Source: Anthoceros angustus
Taxonomy: Eukaryota > Plantae > Anthocerotophyta
Assembly: GCA_010909165.1 (NCBI GenBank)
Contig: VJWM01000107.1
Span: forward strand, 496,001-560,000
DNA: 64,000 bases
Direction of reading: 5' to 3'
Positions 48,651-62,996 of the stretch are shown here, one piece after another; the first letter of the stretch is position 1, and the number at the start of each line of letters is the position of its first letter. The notes beneath the pieces are model-generated. The model ran no database searches, was not told the origin of the DNA, and saw only the letters and a program-made list of their open reading frames with translations. A program made the translations under genes and the position numbers.

Positions 48651-49444
48651 TCTCAAGTGACCTTGATTCAGTCGCGCAGTGAAGGGTCATGGAACTTGGT
48701 CCTCGGGCAGGATGAGCTCGTTATCGGTTCTTCTGCTAGTTATCGGTTCTTCTGCTAAGGCTGCATAGCTTCATTGCTGGATTCAGTCAATTTAATTCAG
48801 TAAAGTATTGTGAATTATAAAAGCAGGCAGCCCCATCACAGGGTATCGATTGAGCTCACTTACTCTTAAGAACATTGTTATTAAACATCCCGTACTTGGA
48901 TTGATACTCAGATGGGGTGCCTATAGGGTGTAGATGGCCCCTGGTGCAAGTAGATTAGACACACTATGGTACAAGTTGTTAAGTACCAAGTCCCATGACG
49001 AAATCCGTCCTTAGTGGACTTCAATAAAACTCTTCTTTTTCTTCTTCTTTCCACTAAGAGAAATGAAGTACCCAGCTCAGCTGTGAAGGTAGTTGGGGAC
49101 AGGACACGCGAATTTCAGACAGCTTAGCTACACTTCCGGACGTTCTTTCCTTCCTGGGCTTCCTCGGGTAAGGAGACCCGGTGTCTGATAGTGAGCGCCC
49201 GTCTCGAGGTGGCAAGTCCTAGGCGCTCTAGCATTCCAGCGTTGCAGAAACTTCCTTTAATTTGTCCTTGCTGATCATGACACGCACTACGTGGATGCAT
49301 GTCCAGCCCACCTGCCACCAATTGCGAGGCTCCCCCATCCCACCCCACCCCACCCAACTTTCACGACTCCCTCCGATTGCAAGCTTCTTAAAAGGAATCG
49401 GCAGCCATAACTACTCCAGACCTCACCGAGCTTAAGCCGCCACC

Positions 49445-51925
49445 ATGTTCAGCCAGAGCGAAGGAGGTGGAGGAACAGCAGCTGCACCAGATCTCGACGT
49501 CGACGGACACCGGGCAGATGAAACCACGCTGCCAACCTCCACCCCACCCTCGGCTATTGCGACCGGCTCTGGGCGTCCGTCGCCTCCGGAATCGGATGCG
49601 CAATCTCCTGCCTACTTGCTGCTCAATCGGTATGTGGTCCAGCTGACGCTCATTGCTGGGCTGGGAGGACTGCTCTTCGGCTACGACACAGGTGACGGGA
49701 TAATGCCTGGCTTGAGGTACAGATTTTGTACAGCCTGGAGCCGGGTTTGGGCCACACTGACGGGGAGGAGTGCTGGGCTGCTTTGCAGGCGTGATTTCTG
49801 GAGCCCTGCTCTACATACGGGATGATTTCAAGCGGGTGGATGACAGTACCGTACTTCAGGTTGGAAGAAGCTTGGTCCGTTGGAGGAAGCATGTAGAGCT
49901 CGTTGGAGGAAGCATAGTGATTATTTTGACTTGGGTTGGGGGATGAATTTTGCACCAGGAAACCATTGTGAGTATGGCGATTGCAGGAGCTATAGTGGGG
50001 GCAGCAGGTGGAGGCCGTTTGAATGATCGGTTTGGACGGAAGCCGGCAATTTTGGCTGCCGATGTTGTGTTTGTTCTGGGGGCGGCTTTGATGGCCGCTG
50101 CACCTAATGCCTACGTGCTGATTGCGGGGCGGGTCTTAGTGGGCTTGGGCGTGGGCGTGGCATCCATGACTGCACCCTTGTACATTGCAGAAGCTTCGCC
50201 TGCTGGGATTCGAGGAGCATTGGTGACTGTTAACGTGTTATTCATCACCGGAGGTCAATTCCTGTCATACCTTATTAATTTGGCTTTCACGAAGGTACAC
50301 CACCCCTTTTGCCCCGATCTATGTGCATATGTGTATCGGATTTTGTTGGGCAGGCGTCAGGTGAAATTGAGTGGCTGAGGGCCAGTGGGGGATGGATTCT
50401 GCTGCAGGCGCCAGGAACATGGCGGTGGATGTTAGGTGTAGCCGCTGTGCCTGCACTTGTCCAAGCTGTTTTGATGTTCTTCTTGCCAGAATCGCCTCGC
50501 TGGCTTTACAGAAAGGTAGTCTAAGAGATGTGATGGAGCATACCCTGGGAATATTCGTGTATGCCTGATGAGACTCCTTTCAGGTGCCAACGTACTCCAC
50601 TTACAGGCTGCTGCACATTCTCTTGTGAAACAGAAAAAGCATGCTGAAGCCAGGGCCATTCTCCAAAAAATTTACTCACCCGACAAGGTGGAAGCTGAAG
50701 TAAAGGAGCTTGAAAAAGCAGTGGCTGTGGAAATGGACCTTGAAAATTCGGCAGGGAGGGTAAGCCTTTGGGATGTGGTAGCCATCAAGGAAATTCGATA
50801 TGCACTTCGGGCTGGAGTTGGTTTGCAGGTACGTATGTGTCAGCAGCAAGTAATAATCGGGTGAGGGTGAGTCATGAAGCTGAGAGTTTGCAGCTTGCTA
50901 ACAGTCTATGGCACATGTATGGGATGGAGCAGATATTTCAGCAGCTGGCCGGGATCAACACGGTCATGTACTACAGTCCAAGCATTGTAGAGCAGGCAGG
51001 CTTTGCTTCACATCAGACAGCACTGCTACTTTCTCTGATTGTAGCTGGCATGAATGCACTGGGGACAGTGGCTGGCATTTTCCTCATAGACCGCACTGGA
51101 CGGCGGAAACTAGCAATGATCAGCTTGTTGGGAGTGATTCTTTCCCTAGGTATCTTATCAGCTGCATTCAATCTTACAGCTGGAGATTCACCGGACGTTG
51201 CATCTTTTTCCGAGTCGTTGGTCTGTCCTGCTTATCAACCACGGGCATACGACATCCGGGACTGCACTTCCTGCCTCAAGGCAAAGCATTGTGGCTTCTG
51301 CGCAGCAGCCGGTGACCAAGTAAGAACTGCACAGAACATGCTCTTTGATTCATGGACATGTATCCATTCCTTCTTAGCAGTGGGCTGTGCTGACGGCAAG
51401 GTGAACCTGCATGTGCAGCACTTACCAGGCTCTTGCCTCATCTTGAATGACACCAGCGCAGACTTCTGCCGACACCAATCTCGAGCTTGGTTTGAGAGAG
51501 GCTGTCCAAGTCATTATGGATGGATTGCTTTGCTGGGCCTGGCGCTTTACATCGCAGCCTTCTCTCCAGGGATGGGTCCTGTGCCTTGGGCAGTCAACTC
51601 CGAGATTTATCCACTGCGTTTCCGTGGCTTTTGTGGAGGCATCGCAGCAACAGCGAACTGGATTGCTAACTTAGTGGTGGCACAAACCTTCCTGTCGCTC
51701 ATTCAGGCAATAGGAACTTCCTGGACGTTCATGCTGTTCGGCTGCCTGGGTCTTGTTGCTCTCCTATTTGTCATGTTATTTGTGCCAGAAACGAAAGGGT
51801 TGTCATTCGACGAGGTGGAAAGGATGTTGGAGAGAAAGGTACATGGCAATTCTGCGCACCATCAGAATTGGCGGCCAGGATCAATTCACAAACACTCTGC
51901 ACTGTCCATCATGTCGGGAGACTGA
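49445..51925 (+). CDS. INT2: Inositol transporter (MFS sugar porter, INT2/INT4-like with Cys-rich PSI loop), multi-exon
   Basis: [74 protein letters not shown]. Confidence 0.92.
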
Positions 51926-52465
51926 TTGCCAAACGAAAAAATCGAAAGGTAAACCCACCTTCTCCTGAGACACTCTATATTGCCTAATGAAAACAGTTAC
52001 ACAGTAAAGGCTCACACGGCGTACATAACTTGAGTTGTAAGCAAGGCTGTCACCCGTCTTTCTTACAGTCTCTGATCTGGCTTTCTAGGACAATGAAACC
52101 CTAAACAAGGATCTGACAGCCTCGCGTAATTTACAGCACTTGCTAGGTCTACCAAGTAGATGGGACGCACATTCACTGCGAAGTGATACCCCACACGAAA
52201 CCAGAAGTTGCGCGTTGTCGAAGTCTGAATGAACACAACAACAAACAAAGGAAGCAAACAAGGCCGTGACCTACACAAAGCAACAGTTATGGCCGACAAA
52301 GGAAAAGCCACGACCGAAACAAGGCAACTGTCATGGCCCACACAAAGCAACAACCATGACCGGCCCAGAGCAAAGCTTCCGTTCAAACATCCATCTAGAC
52401 GAGCAACAAATCCCCTCCGAAGGGTGGTGTTGAAAAACACCATAGAATGAGGCACGTGAAACTTT

Positions 52466-53029
<564 letters not shown>

Positions 53030-53402
53030 TCAGGCATCCAATGTCCATCTCGCGACTCAGATGCATCCACGCTGGCAAAACGCTTGCCACATCAGCCCGC
53101 TCCGTCAATTTCAAACCATCAAACCATCACGAGTTCAAAACAGAGCGCCAAACTGGCGGAGACCGAAGAACAGACGCCGGTGATTGGCATTCTTGGTTAC
53201 CCGTACGGGTTAGTGCAACCATAGATGGTTAACGGTGTAGCCCAGCTAGTGTAGATGGTCTTACGATTTTAACTCAGTAACTGTGGATCTGCCCTTTGCA
53301 AGGGGAGCACCAGCCAGGAAAAAGGTGCTGAGCCTCGCATGTGTCAAGGGATATGCGATCAAATGCAAGCTCCGCTCGGCATCGTTGATTGGGAAAGGCA
53401 GC

Positions 53403-54846
53403 ATGGATTGGCATCGAATTCTTCCTTCTGTCGCGCTATGGGGTCTCATGTGCCTCTGCAGCCTTTTTGTTCAAACGTCTGCTGAAGGTGTCACGGCTAG
53501 CTCCTTACCTTCAGGCTTCATCTTGCAGACTGCGTCAACTGTTGACTGAGACTCGGATGTCTTAGCTGCTTGAAATTTTTGGGTTGGGTAGTGAATTGGT
53601 GGGTGGCTGTTTGTAAGCCGGTTGGAGGTGCATAGATTCCAGCATTTTAGGATGCAGTGGTGGGTCGGCCTGTTAGCTGAGATGTCGGGAATCGGTGTTC
53701 TGGACGTGTTGTTGGAGAGAGGGCTAATATGTGAGAGGCATGTCGCATGTGTAGCAGGATGTTTCTGGACTGGGCAATGCATGAATCGATGGATTGGAGG
53801 AGGATGTGGCACCGGTCATACGGTGGTGGATTATTCCCCTGACTGTGGTGGGTTGTGCCCCCAGCCCCAATATGAGGCGTGTCTTCCGTTGTACACTCAT
53901 TACCAATGCTGCCAGGAAGGTGAATTTCAGAGCTCTTCAGGGAGGGTTTATCGTTGACGAAGTCCGAAGGAACGGTGATGAACCAATAGGATTTGTGCGT
54001 TTGTCGTGCAGAGTTTGCCGTGGACAGTGACGTATGTGGGAGATGTTCTAGCAAGTTGGAGTTTGGGGATCATTGGGTCTGCTGCAGTGATTGCTCTCAA
54101 CCAACGATTACACAAAAGGAAACAATAGCTGGATATTGCAGGACAGGTGCCCAGTTGAGTGTGCAATCTATACTTCCTGGTGAGTCCCGACCTCAGACAC
54201 CCAAACTCTGCTGATCTCGACTGCTTTGTGATTATGAACTTCTGTAGTTGTGTGAGATTCACTTTTTCCGTCTGCATGACCCCAGAGGTAGTCACATGGA
54301 TGACTGGGGACTGGAGCAGCTGTTCTTGTAGTGGCAGCCATGCTATTAGGCGGAGGGATGTGTTTTGTGTGGCAACATCTGACACACACCAGTACAGTGT
54401 TGAGGACTCAAGCTGCGCTCGGCAGTCAAAGGTATGATTTGAAGTTTCATTCATTCTGCTTCTTTGCCTTCGTTGAGCTGAGGTACGAGAGCTTAGTTGT
54501 ACTTTTGCTGTATTGTTGGATTGCTCTTGCAGCCTCAGGAGTTGGAGGCATGTAGTAACTCCGGCTGTGGTGCTAGATCCTCACGACAGCACAAGGGAAT
54601 GCCTGTTTGGGCCACACTTTTAATATGCCTGATTAGCTTGGTTGCTGTTGCTGGCTTGGCATTTGTGGGTTACATCCTCTACAAGCGGTTCGTATGCTTC
54701 TTCATTAGATCACACTTACTTTCACTATGCTAGCAGAACCTCCTTGCAGTCTCCCTCACTGTTCTTTTTGTTGATGGCTTTGCAGGCACTACGGTAACGA
54801 TCAGAACCACGGTTTCGTGTATGTGATGCTGGAGGGATACTCATAG
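53403..54846 (+). CDS. Type I membrane protein with Cys-rich ectodomain and a thrombospondin type-1 (ADAMTS-like) repeat; exons about 53403-53487, 53758-53919, 54012-54179, 54286-54431, 54533-54687, 54786-54846
   Basis: Signal peptide; WMTGDWSSCSCSG...RRRDVFC...VEDSSCARQSKPQELEACSNSGC; TM VWATLLICLISLVAVAGLAFVGYILY; short tail ending YVMLEGYS; GT-AG introns with compatible phases. Confidence 0.75.
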
Positions 54847-56924
54847 TTACCAGGTCTGCCGGCCTTGTGGCTTTGTATTGTGTGTTCTTGGACAATTTCT
54901 TCATGATTTGTCCGTAATCTTATACGGTGGAAACGTCAAGTATCAGAAACTTGAAATACATCTATCGTCCCCTGGGTGATAACAAAGCAGATGAAGAGGC
55001 TTTCTCTTGTTTTGACTTCATGAAAGCCGCCTTTGTGCTTGATAGGCACCTAAGCCATGCTATGAAATCAAAGTGTGGGGTGACTACTCTCTTCAGTACG
55101 GAATCTGTAATCAAAATGTATAGGTAGCTCTGTCTTCTCTCTCATGCAAGGATGATAGATTATAAGCAATTGGATTTACTACCTACCTGTCCATGTTTGC
55201 CGTAGCTCATGAAAGTGATTACATGGCTTGGAGCGAGCAAGGTACATTCTTCGATTAGGTCTTCAATCAGGGTTGACTTGTACTTTGTTCGCGTTGACTA
55301 GGTTTCAGTGAGGGATGTGGTGGTTATTGACCCTGCTCGAGACACCATCTCCGCTCAGATTATCACTAACGTCCTGGTTGGGTTGTTGCCGGTGTTGCGG
55401 CTCTCAAGGTCAGGAAGTATAACAGGATGCAAGCTGGGCACTTCCGCTCGCACTCGAAACGTATGGGGCAATGGCTACGGACTTCGATTAATTTTTCAAG
55501 TCCTATGCTAAATCCTACCACGCCCCCGCAGGTATGACGCGGGGTTGTCCTTTCTTATTTCACAGCTTATTTTAGACAGCAAAAGTCTCCATTGCCCTTC
55601 AAAGGGCCATCTCGATGTCAATTCTTCACAAGGTGGCGACGACAAATGACGCTTCTTCCTCTTCCTGCATCATTTGCAGGCCATTTGTTCTTCCTGAATA
55701 TGACCTTAACCTTCAAGGTCTTCATAGTCTTTTTTTTCATCGTTTTTTCCTCAATAAACACAAACATTCTATGTATGCAACTCCGATGCGTGATTCCTTC
55801 GTCTTCCGCATCGGAGTTGGGAGATTGCAACAAAAGGGATGGGAGAGAAGTCCCGCGGGCTGGCGACCGGAGGGGTTACCGGGTTGCCATTCTGCCATGT
55901 TATCCCTCCACTGTCGAGAGGGGGGGGTGATCGCTGCTCGGTTTCCCGCCTCACGCGGTGTCCCCCGCTCTATCAGGGACCGACCATCTCCCTCCGGAGT
56001 CAGTCGGTCCCCAACTCCCAGCTTGGAGTGGGCACGGCATCGACATGGCAATTCCGGCCCGACCCCGATCGGGCCCTAGTCCACTCTCTCCCGTAGCTCC
56101 CGCTCGGGTTACAGGAGGTTGCTACGCCTCCCAGCTGAAAGCCATAAGAACAAAATGGAATTTATAATGGTTCATTCACGTACCTTGAGCAATATGGGGT
56201 ATTAGCAGATCAATCCTTCCTCTTGAAGAGGACACACCGTCATCGCACGGTATACTTTCTGAATAGGGTATTTCAAAATGTATACAAAACAGATGAAGCA
56301 TTTTCGAGGAGCACGGATGTTCATATGTATAGCAGCTGGTCCCGCTTTGAGACGGCCTGGATGAGAAATCTCCCATTTCTCATTTACCTGGCTATGTATG
56401 CACATACGTAGATAAGGTGGGGAGACTTCTCATTTAACTGGCCAAGTAAGCACGTAGAAAAAGTGTAAGCGTATGGATGTTGTTGAACTCGCTGGGATGA
56501 GCCTCTTCAAGTGAAAGCGCCCCTTCTGGTTCCACGGCTGAGGATTTGATGTTTGCGAGGTGGCCGGGTGCGTGAGACCCTTCACTGTGAGCCTACGATT
56601 ATGAAAAAAAACGAGGATTCAGGGGCAACATGTGTTTGACACATCTGCCCACACATCGCTGAACTCAGCGTACAAGGACCGCAAAGCTACGGCTTCGCAA
56701 TATAGAAGTTCAGATTCGCCACATTCGTGTGCAACCTCGGGTTCAACAATTTTCGAGGCTCAGGCTGAGTAGTCCCCATCAGCTGCAATCAGCCGAGTGG
56801 GACAACCTGCAACTCCTCGAAGTGAATGGTGTCGAAATTTCGTTGTGTTGTGTCCCATCTTGAGCAACCTCTTTGCCACCCTCCAAACTGGACTTCATTG
56901 GCGGGGTTGATGGTCCTCAGAAGC

Positions 56925-59900
56925 TCACGGCTTCCTCACAACAGCGACTGCAAAACAAGGGTGATAAGAAAATTCGAAAGAGACTTTCAGGTTATCTCCC
57001 GGCCCTGCTTGATGTGCAACCTGCAATGCCATGCGGTTCCTTAGTGCAACCTGCTCCATTTGCCTGATTTCCGCCGCTCTCTGGGTCCGGCTTACCCCTG
57101 ACAGCTCCGGAGCTTTGGAGACAGCCTGCCCAAGTTCTTGAAGATGCTGCTGGACAGCCATGAAATGGTCGTATGATAGCTGATACAGGTCCTTCACCTG
57201 CATTTCAAACTTTCAGTGCACTCTTCTCAATAGCAAGAAGTTCCAACACAATTCACATCCATACCGGAACACTTTTATGTCTTGTGGCTTCTCTGAAACG
57301 GTAGTACGTCATTGGCTCTGGGACAATGATTCTTTGGAGAAGCTCAAACCTTTGCACATATCTCTGTCCCATGACACAGAATATTTGTCAGCAGTCGAAC
57401 AGACAGCACTGGCCATCATTGGATGGAGTTTTGCACAACTGGAAGAAGTTGAGAGCTGAATAAGGAACACAAGGAACTAGGAAACAGACCTCCTGCTCCT
57501 GGTTGAAAATAGTATCGCGATGGATCACTTTGCCATCCTTCGTCAAAGCTGCAAGCATCTGATACAAACGACCAGATCTGGTGGTAAGCACTTTCCCCAG
57601 CAGTGTCCGCAAAATGAAAGCAGGGCACACAACATAAGGTGATGGCGTGACGAATCTGCAAGCACACGCACAAATCTTCATACAAATAATGATAGCAGGG
57701 AAGACACTCGTGTCACAAGCAGAGAGGCCAATACCCAAATAAAGCCCTTGCAAAGATCAATGTAGCATTGGAGAAGGAAAACAGATGTGGTCAGTCGAGT
57801 CTCCTTCCCTCCTCCCTTTGTAGCCGCCTTTTTCTTCTTGCCCTTCTTTTTGGCTGATGATGATAACAACAGAGAAAGTGATGCCTTCTGCGTGAGCCTA
57901 GGGAGGCAACGCCAACAGTCATGATCTCACCCTGCATGCACACTAACTCCCCCTGACCTCCCTTTAGATGCAGACTGGTACGTTCGATATGCAGGATCTC
58001 TAAGCTGTTTGGTCCCTCTGGTTTTCTGAACTTGACCATGCGCAATACACAGCATCCCTTAAAGAAAATGGAAAGACAATTGCACTCAGAATGACATGGG
58101 TTCACATACACGAGTCAACACTGTCGGTTGAGTTTGCTTCCTCTGATGCCTTTTCCTTTGCAAGCTTATATTGAAGGAGCGTTAACAGAACATGATCCAG
58201 GTACCTGCATGTTAAACATAACCAGCAACATTACATGCTGTCCAATCAAAAGCATCCTAGAAGATAAGATAATGACTATACTAAGAAGGTGAACTGGGGA
58301 GAGCCTTTTCTTTCATCCGTACCAATACACCATAGCATACTCGGATGCTGAATACAGCTCCAGCTCAAAACCAAGCATAAGAAAATGCCCAACAATCCAA
58401 CATATTTGCTCAGCTGCCCATCCCATAAAAACATTGTCCGTCCACCAGCACTGGACATCAGTCACACAGGATGCGTTACAAAATTTGTACGGCTTCCATG
58501 GCCACAGGAAGACAGCCTAGCTCAAACCAGGCCCTTTACCATGGGACTACCTTCTTATATCCAATGGTGAAGCGACTTAAATGCTGAGGACTTTCACGAG
58601 TGAATTCGGCCTGCTCAAACCAGATCAAAGCAAGGTCAGTGAGTCTAAGTCACAGGAGGCAGACACGTACCAGAATCAAAGTAACATACTCAGCACCTGC
58701 TGTAGAAGGCTACCCCAGTCATTAATAACCCTCCCCAGCTTCCGCCGTTGCCATGCAGGGTTTGTGCAGAGTATTCTCAAGAGGCGGACAGTCAACTGCA
58801 AAGGAGGAAGTTTTTTTTTAATGAGGAGCAAAGCATCAGATGTCTGACTACACAAACCGCAGGAAAATTATGGTCAGACAACATAGAATGCAGAGACAAC
58901 AGAAATGCATAGCTCAATGCGACTCACTCGACCAGCCTGTCCTTCAAAGGTCCAGTTAGACAATGCCTCCTTATCTTGTGGCATCACCTTGGAGAGTGCG
59001 TACAAAGTAGGGTCCTTCCCAAAAATCTTCCCATCTTGCAAAACTGTTGACTGTAAAGGGAAACCATGCCAAGCTACATCAGCCCAAATCTTTTAGACTG
59101 GTAGGGATAATTCAGAACACACCAGTAAGTGACAGTATAATGCACTGCTAACACATGGATATGGAACTATACACACAACCTCAAAGCAAACTCAGAAGAT
59201 AATAAGAGCGATGGGTGTACCTGCAATCGAGCTCTTGCAACAAGGTCTGGTTGCGACTTCTGGAAGTCCACAACAAACTGGAGCAACTCTTCTACACCTA
59301 GATCAAAGGGAACTGAGCATATGCGATCTAGATCATTGAGCAACTGCTCAAAATATTTTAGAGCCTGACACAACAGCACACTTGTGAACATCCCCACGCA
59401 TCAGACACTGTGCCACGTGATAGTTGCAGCCTACTGTACATCTTGTTGAGAAGCGACCAGGCACCCATCCATAAACAGCCTCCCTTAAGCAACAACTACC
59501 CTCCAATCAACTGCACCTCTCTGGTAACTCACCGCATCCCAGCACACTATTTTGATGGAACGAGGAGGTGTAGGAGCAAGAAGTCGCCTGTTCACACTCT
59601 CATCAAAACCAATTGCTGGTTGCCCAGATGCTGTGGAGCAGACGTGGTCTGCAGATCTCACAGCATGCTCCTCTGCTGCCCCTGGAAACTTCTCCAGAAA
59701 CTTTGCTGACACTCGTATTGCCCCAAGCTCAGTACGAGCAGTGGAAATGTGCCTGCGTGCCATTTCTAAGCCCCTCTCGTTGCGCTTTTCCATACATACA
59801 ATAGCATGATAGAATGCCTGCACCCCACAGCCAACATTCAATTACCTGAGCATTATACAAGGTACAACCATAAGAGGCAGCATGAACCACAGCAAACTAC

Positions 59901-61174
59901 CAAATACAGAAACAGACCTTCCGAAATCTCAGGCGACACAAAACAGCTTGACAAAACCCTTCTTCAAGTTCAGGGTCATCCTGTAGAGGCTCAAGATCTG
60001 TTTCTCAGGCACGAAGGGAACACATGATCAAAATGCCGCATAACTGAAGGTCATGATGTTGACCCCACAGCTCGTAACAACTGGACTTCCATACCTTCCA
60101 CATGCTTTTTCTTGCCAGAGACCCCTTTACATCCCCGCAGATTCCTCGCAACAGTTTCTTCAACCGAGTTTACTATAGACAGGCACTTGTTGTCGTCTTC
60201 TCCCTCCAAAGGAAGGCCATATGATACAGTGAAGAAATCTTCTTCCTGTCAGGTTCCGACTGATATCAGCATCTAATATGTGGTCCTTAGGGTCAATCAG
60301 CAAAGCAAATTTAGCTTTGCATGCGGTAAGATCTGAACTGCCGGCATCTAAAGGAGCTCACCTCACGCATGTCGGCAAGGGCCACTGAAGTTCGCAAAAT
60401 GCTGCAGGTTGCTCGGGTGATTTTACAGTACGCATGAAGAAGGGCATTCGATGCAGTTCTATCCAGCTTCAGCAAGTACAGGCACGAAAACACTGTTTGC
60501 GGCAGGGAATGGCCTTTGTGCCAAGTAGCCTGGAAGCAAATCCGTCACAATCTGATAAGGAAATCCTTATCCGGTAATGCACATTCCTGAACTTGAAAAG
60601 CAGAAAGTGTCATACCTCACATGACAACAAATGATCCATGACGTCAATGAGCTGCGCTATAGTTAAATCAACCGGTGCTGCACCGGCCTCTATGGCCTTC
60701 TCTGCTGTCTCGAATCCAGCGTTTGCCATGCCGGCATCCATCTTCGGATCCATAATCTAAAAGTTTGCAAAATGATGTAAAATAACAACCCATCAGGACG
60801 CGCCCTGAGTGCAGCGACGAGAGGCACTGACACTGGACTGCCACTCATTCGCATTATGGGAATCCCCGCTAGACCTAGATCATACCTCAAGCGCTGACAT
60901 TGCCTCATACAGGCTGAAATTCTCTCCATGGATAAGCTCTCCCTCCTCCAACTCTGCAACCACGACAACCGAAAATGTTGGAGATGCCACACACGGAGAA
61001 AAATTCCGGATAAAAATCTCGACAATTTCGATGCAAAGAAGCCTGCCGCCAACGCCTGCATTTATGGGCAGCTGCTGAGTCCTTACCGGAACACACAGCT
61101 GACAAGAATGCTGATGCATCTGCCCAGACCGTTCCCTCCCCCGCAGGAGTCGAGGTCGCTCCTACTTGATCCAT
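56925..61174 (-). CDS. NAA35: N-alpha-acetyltransferase 35, NatC auxiliary subunit, multi-exon
   Basis: [65 protein letters not shown]-terminal [11 protein letters not shown]. Confidence 0.9.
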
Positions 61175-61410
61175 ACCAGGATGCAAGCTCGGAATAGCTA
61201 AGGGAGCCAACATCGACGACGAAGCATCCTTTTATTCCGGTGAACAAATTCGACCCCGTAGACCTGAACGGAGTTTATTACATATTAGGGCTCCGTAAGT
61301 CCCCTTACTCCTTTGCCTGGTCCGATGGCCATTTCCGAGGGAGATAGTGTGGACTTGTGAGCAAACGACCAAAGCCTGAGGCCGTCCTCTGGCGCCACGG
61401 AGCGAGACCG

Positions 61411-62653
61411 ATGGACCAGGTGCGAGAAAATTCTGCTTTCTCTCCTGTTGGGTAGCTGCAATTGGCCTTGAAGACTGGCACGGCTCCGCTACTGCCGACG
61501 CGGAGCAATCTGGTGTGGTGTTGCTGAGCTCGATCTCCCGGATGCAGGTGTCGGCTCCGTTGATCAAAAACATACTGCTCCTGGACGCTGAAGGCAAGCG
61601 CGTTGCTGTCAAGTACTTTTCTGATGATTGGCCAAGTCTTGCTGCCAAGTTGGCGTTCGAGAAATCAGTCTTCACCAAGACTCAACGGATCAGCGCTCGC
61701 AATGAAGGTGTGTGCGTCACACATTTGCGATGATCCGGGGAAGGTTTTGGTGTAACTGCATAGATCTTACTGCGCAATGTACTGATCCGCAAGTCTGAGT
61801 GATCTGCTGCTGCTGTGCTGACGGGAAGTCCCTTTGTGGTGCAGCGGAGATCGGCATGTTCGATGGCTACATCGTAGTATACAAGTTTGTTGCGGATCTG
61901 CATTTCTACGTGACTGGTGGGGATGACGAAAACGAGCTCATCCTCGCCACAGTTTTGCAAGGTTTCTTCGACGCAGTTGCCATTCTTCTTAGGTTTGTAT
62001 CCTCTGAAGCTGCTGCATCGATGCTCAACCGTGCCACCGGCATTGCGCCTTTTGCTTAAGGCCGCTTGTTTTTTCCTTCAGGCACAACGTCGAGAAGAAG
62101 TCAGTGTTGGAAAATCTTGATCTAGTTCTCCTCTGCCTGGACGAGATTGTTGACGGAGGGTGAGTGCTGGAAGACCTCGGACGCATCCTTATGTCTTCCA
62201 AGTCCTTAGGGCAGGGTCAGGTGGTGTCATAGAGGGAAGGAGGCACCGTTGGTAGATTTGGTCTGGATGTCGCAGGAGTCTACCTTGAGCTGGATGAGGT
62301 CAAGAGCGTAGAGTTTAGTTGTGGCGGAGGAGGCTTCAGCTTCCTGCTACACTTAGTTTGTCAGATTGAGGCTGACGTGCTTGTCCCTACGTTTTTTGTC
62401 CGGCAGAATGATTTTGGAGTTTGATGCAAGTGTTATCGCCGGAAGGGTGGCGATGCGTGGGGCTGATGCAGATGTACCTCTTTCGGAGCAGGTATTCTCA
62501 GAATCAATAATGGATTCAATCATCAGGCTGTGGTAATTATCACATGCCTTGCTTTAGGATTGGTGATTCTCACTCCACCGTCCTGGTTTGCAGACGTTAT
62601 CGCAGGCTCTAGCATCTGCTAAAGAACATTTGGCACGATCTCTACTGAAATGA
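61411..62653 (+). CDS. COPZ1: Coatomer subunit zeta, multi-exon (probable 9-nt first coding exon ATGGACCAG)
   Basis: [73 protein letters not shown]. Confidence 0.92.
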
Positions 62654-62996
62654 GTCTATCGTAATATCAGCTGCATGATCGGAAGTAAAGGGAAGGGATT
62701 TCCTTCCAGTCCAGTGTGGCTTGCCTGGTCGGTTTTGAGATGACCTGCCCGATGCAGGCCAGGTTACCCATTCTCCTCGCTGGTGAAACTGAGCCAGCTC
62801 TCTATCGGCGTCGCAAAGGCAGTGACTGACACGGTGCTGAGGGACTTCACAAATTTTTGTCGGACTCAGTACTTCGCCACTCAGATCGGGGTTGGTTTGC
62901 AGGCTCACTTAGTGAACTCAGTTTTGGTGGCTATGACATTTGATACCTCTCTCCCTATAATGGGATCATGAACTGAAAGGTCTCTCGTATCGAAGG

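Noticed and set aside
55519-56100. GC-rich segment with short inverted repeats (possible Helitron end or MITE)
   Set aside because: No CTRR terminus at the expected distance and no TIR/TSD pair found
61166-61419. NAA35 and COPZ both predicted to start MDQV
   Set aside because: Different codons and no extended inverted repeat; coincidence
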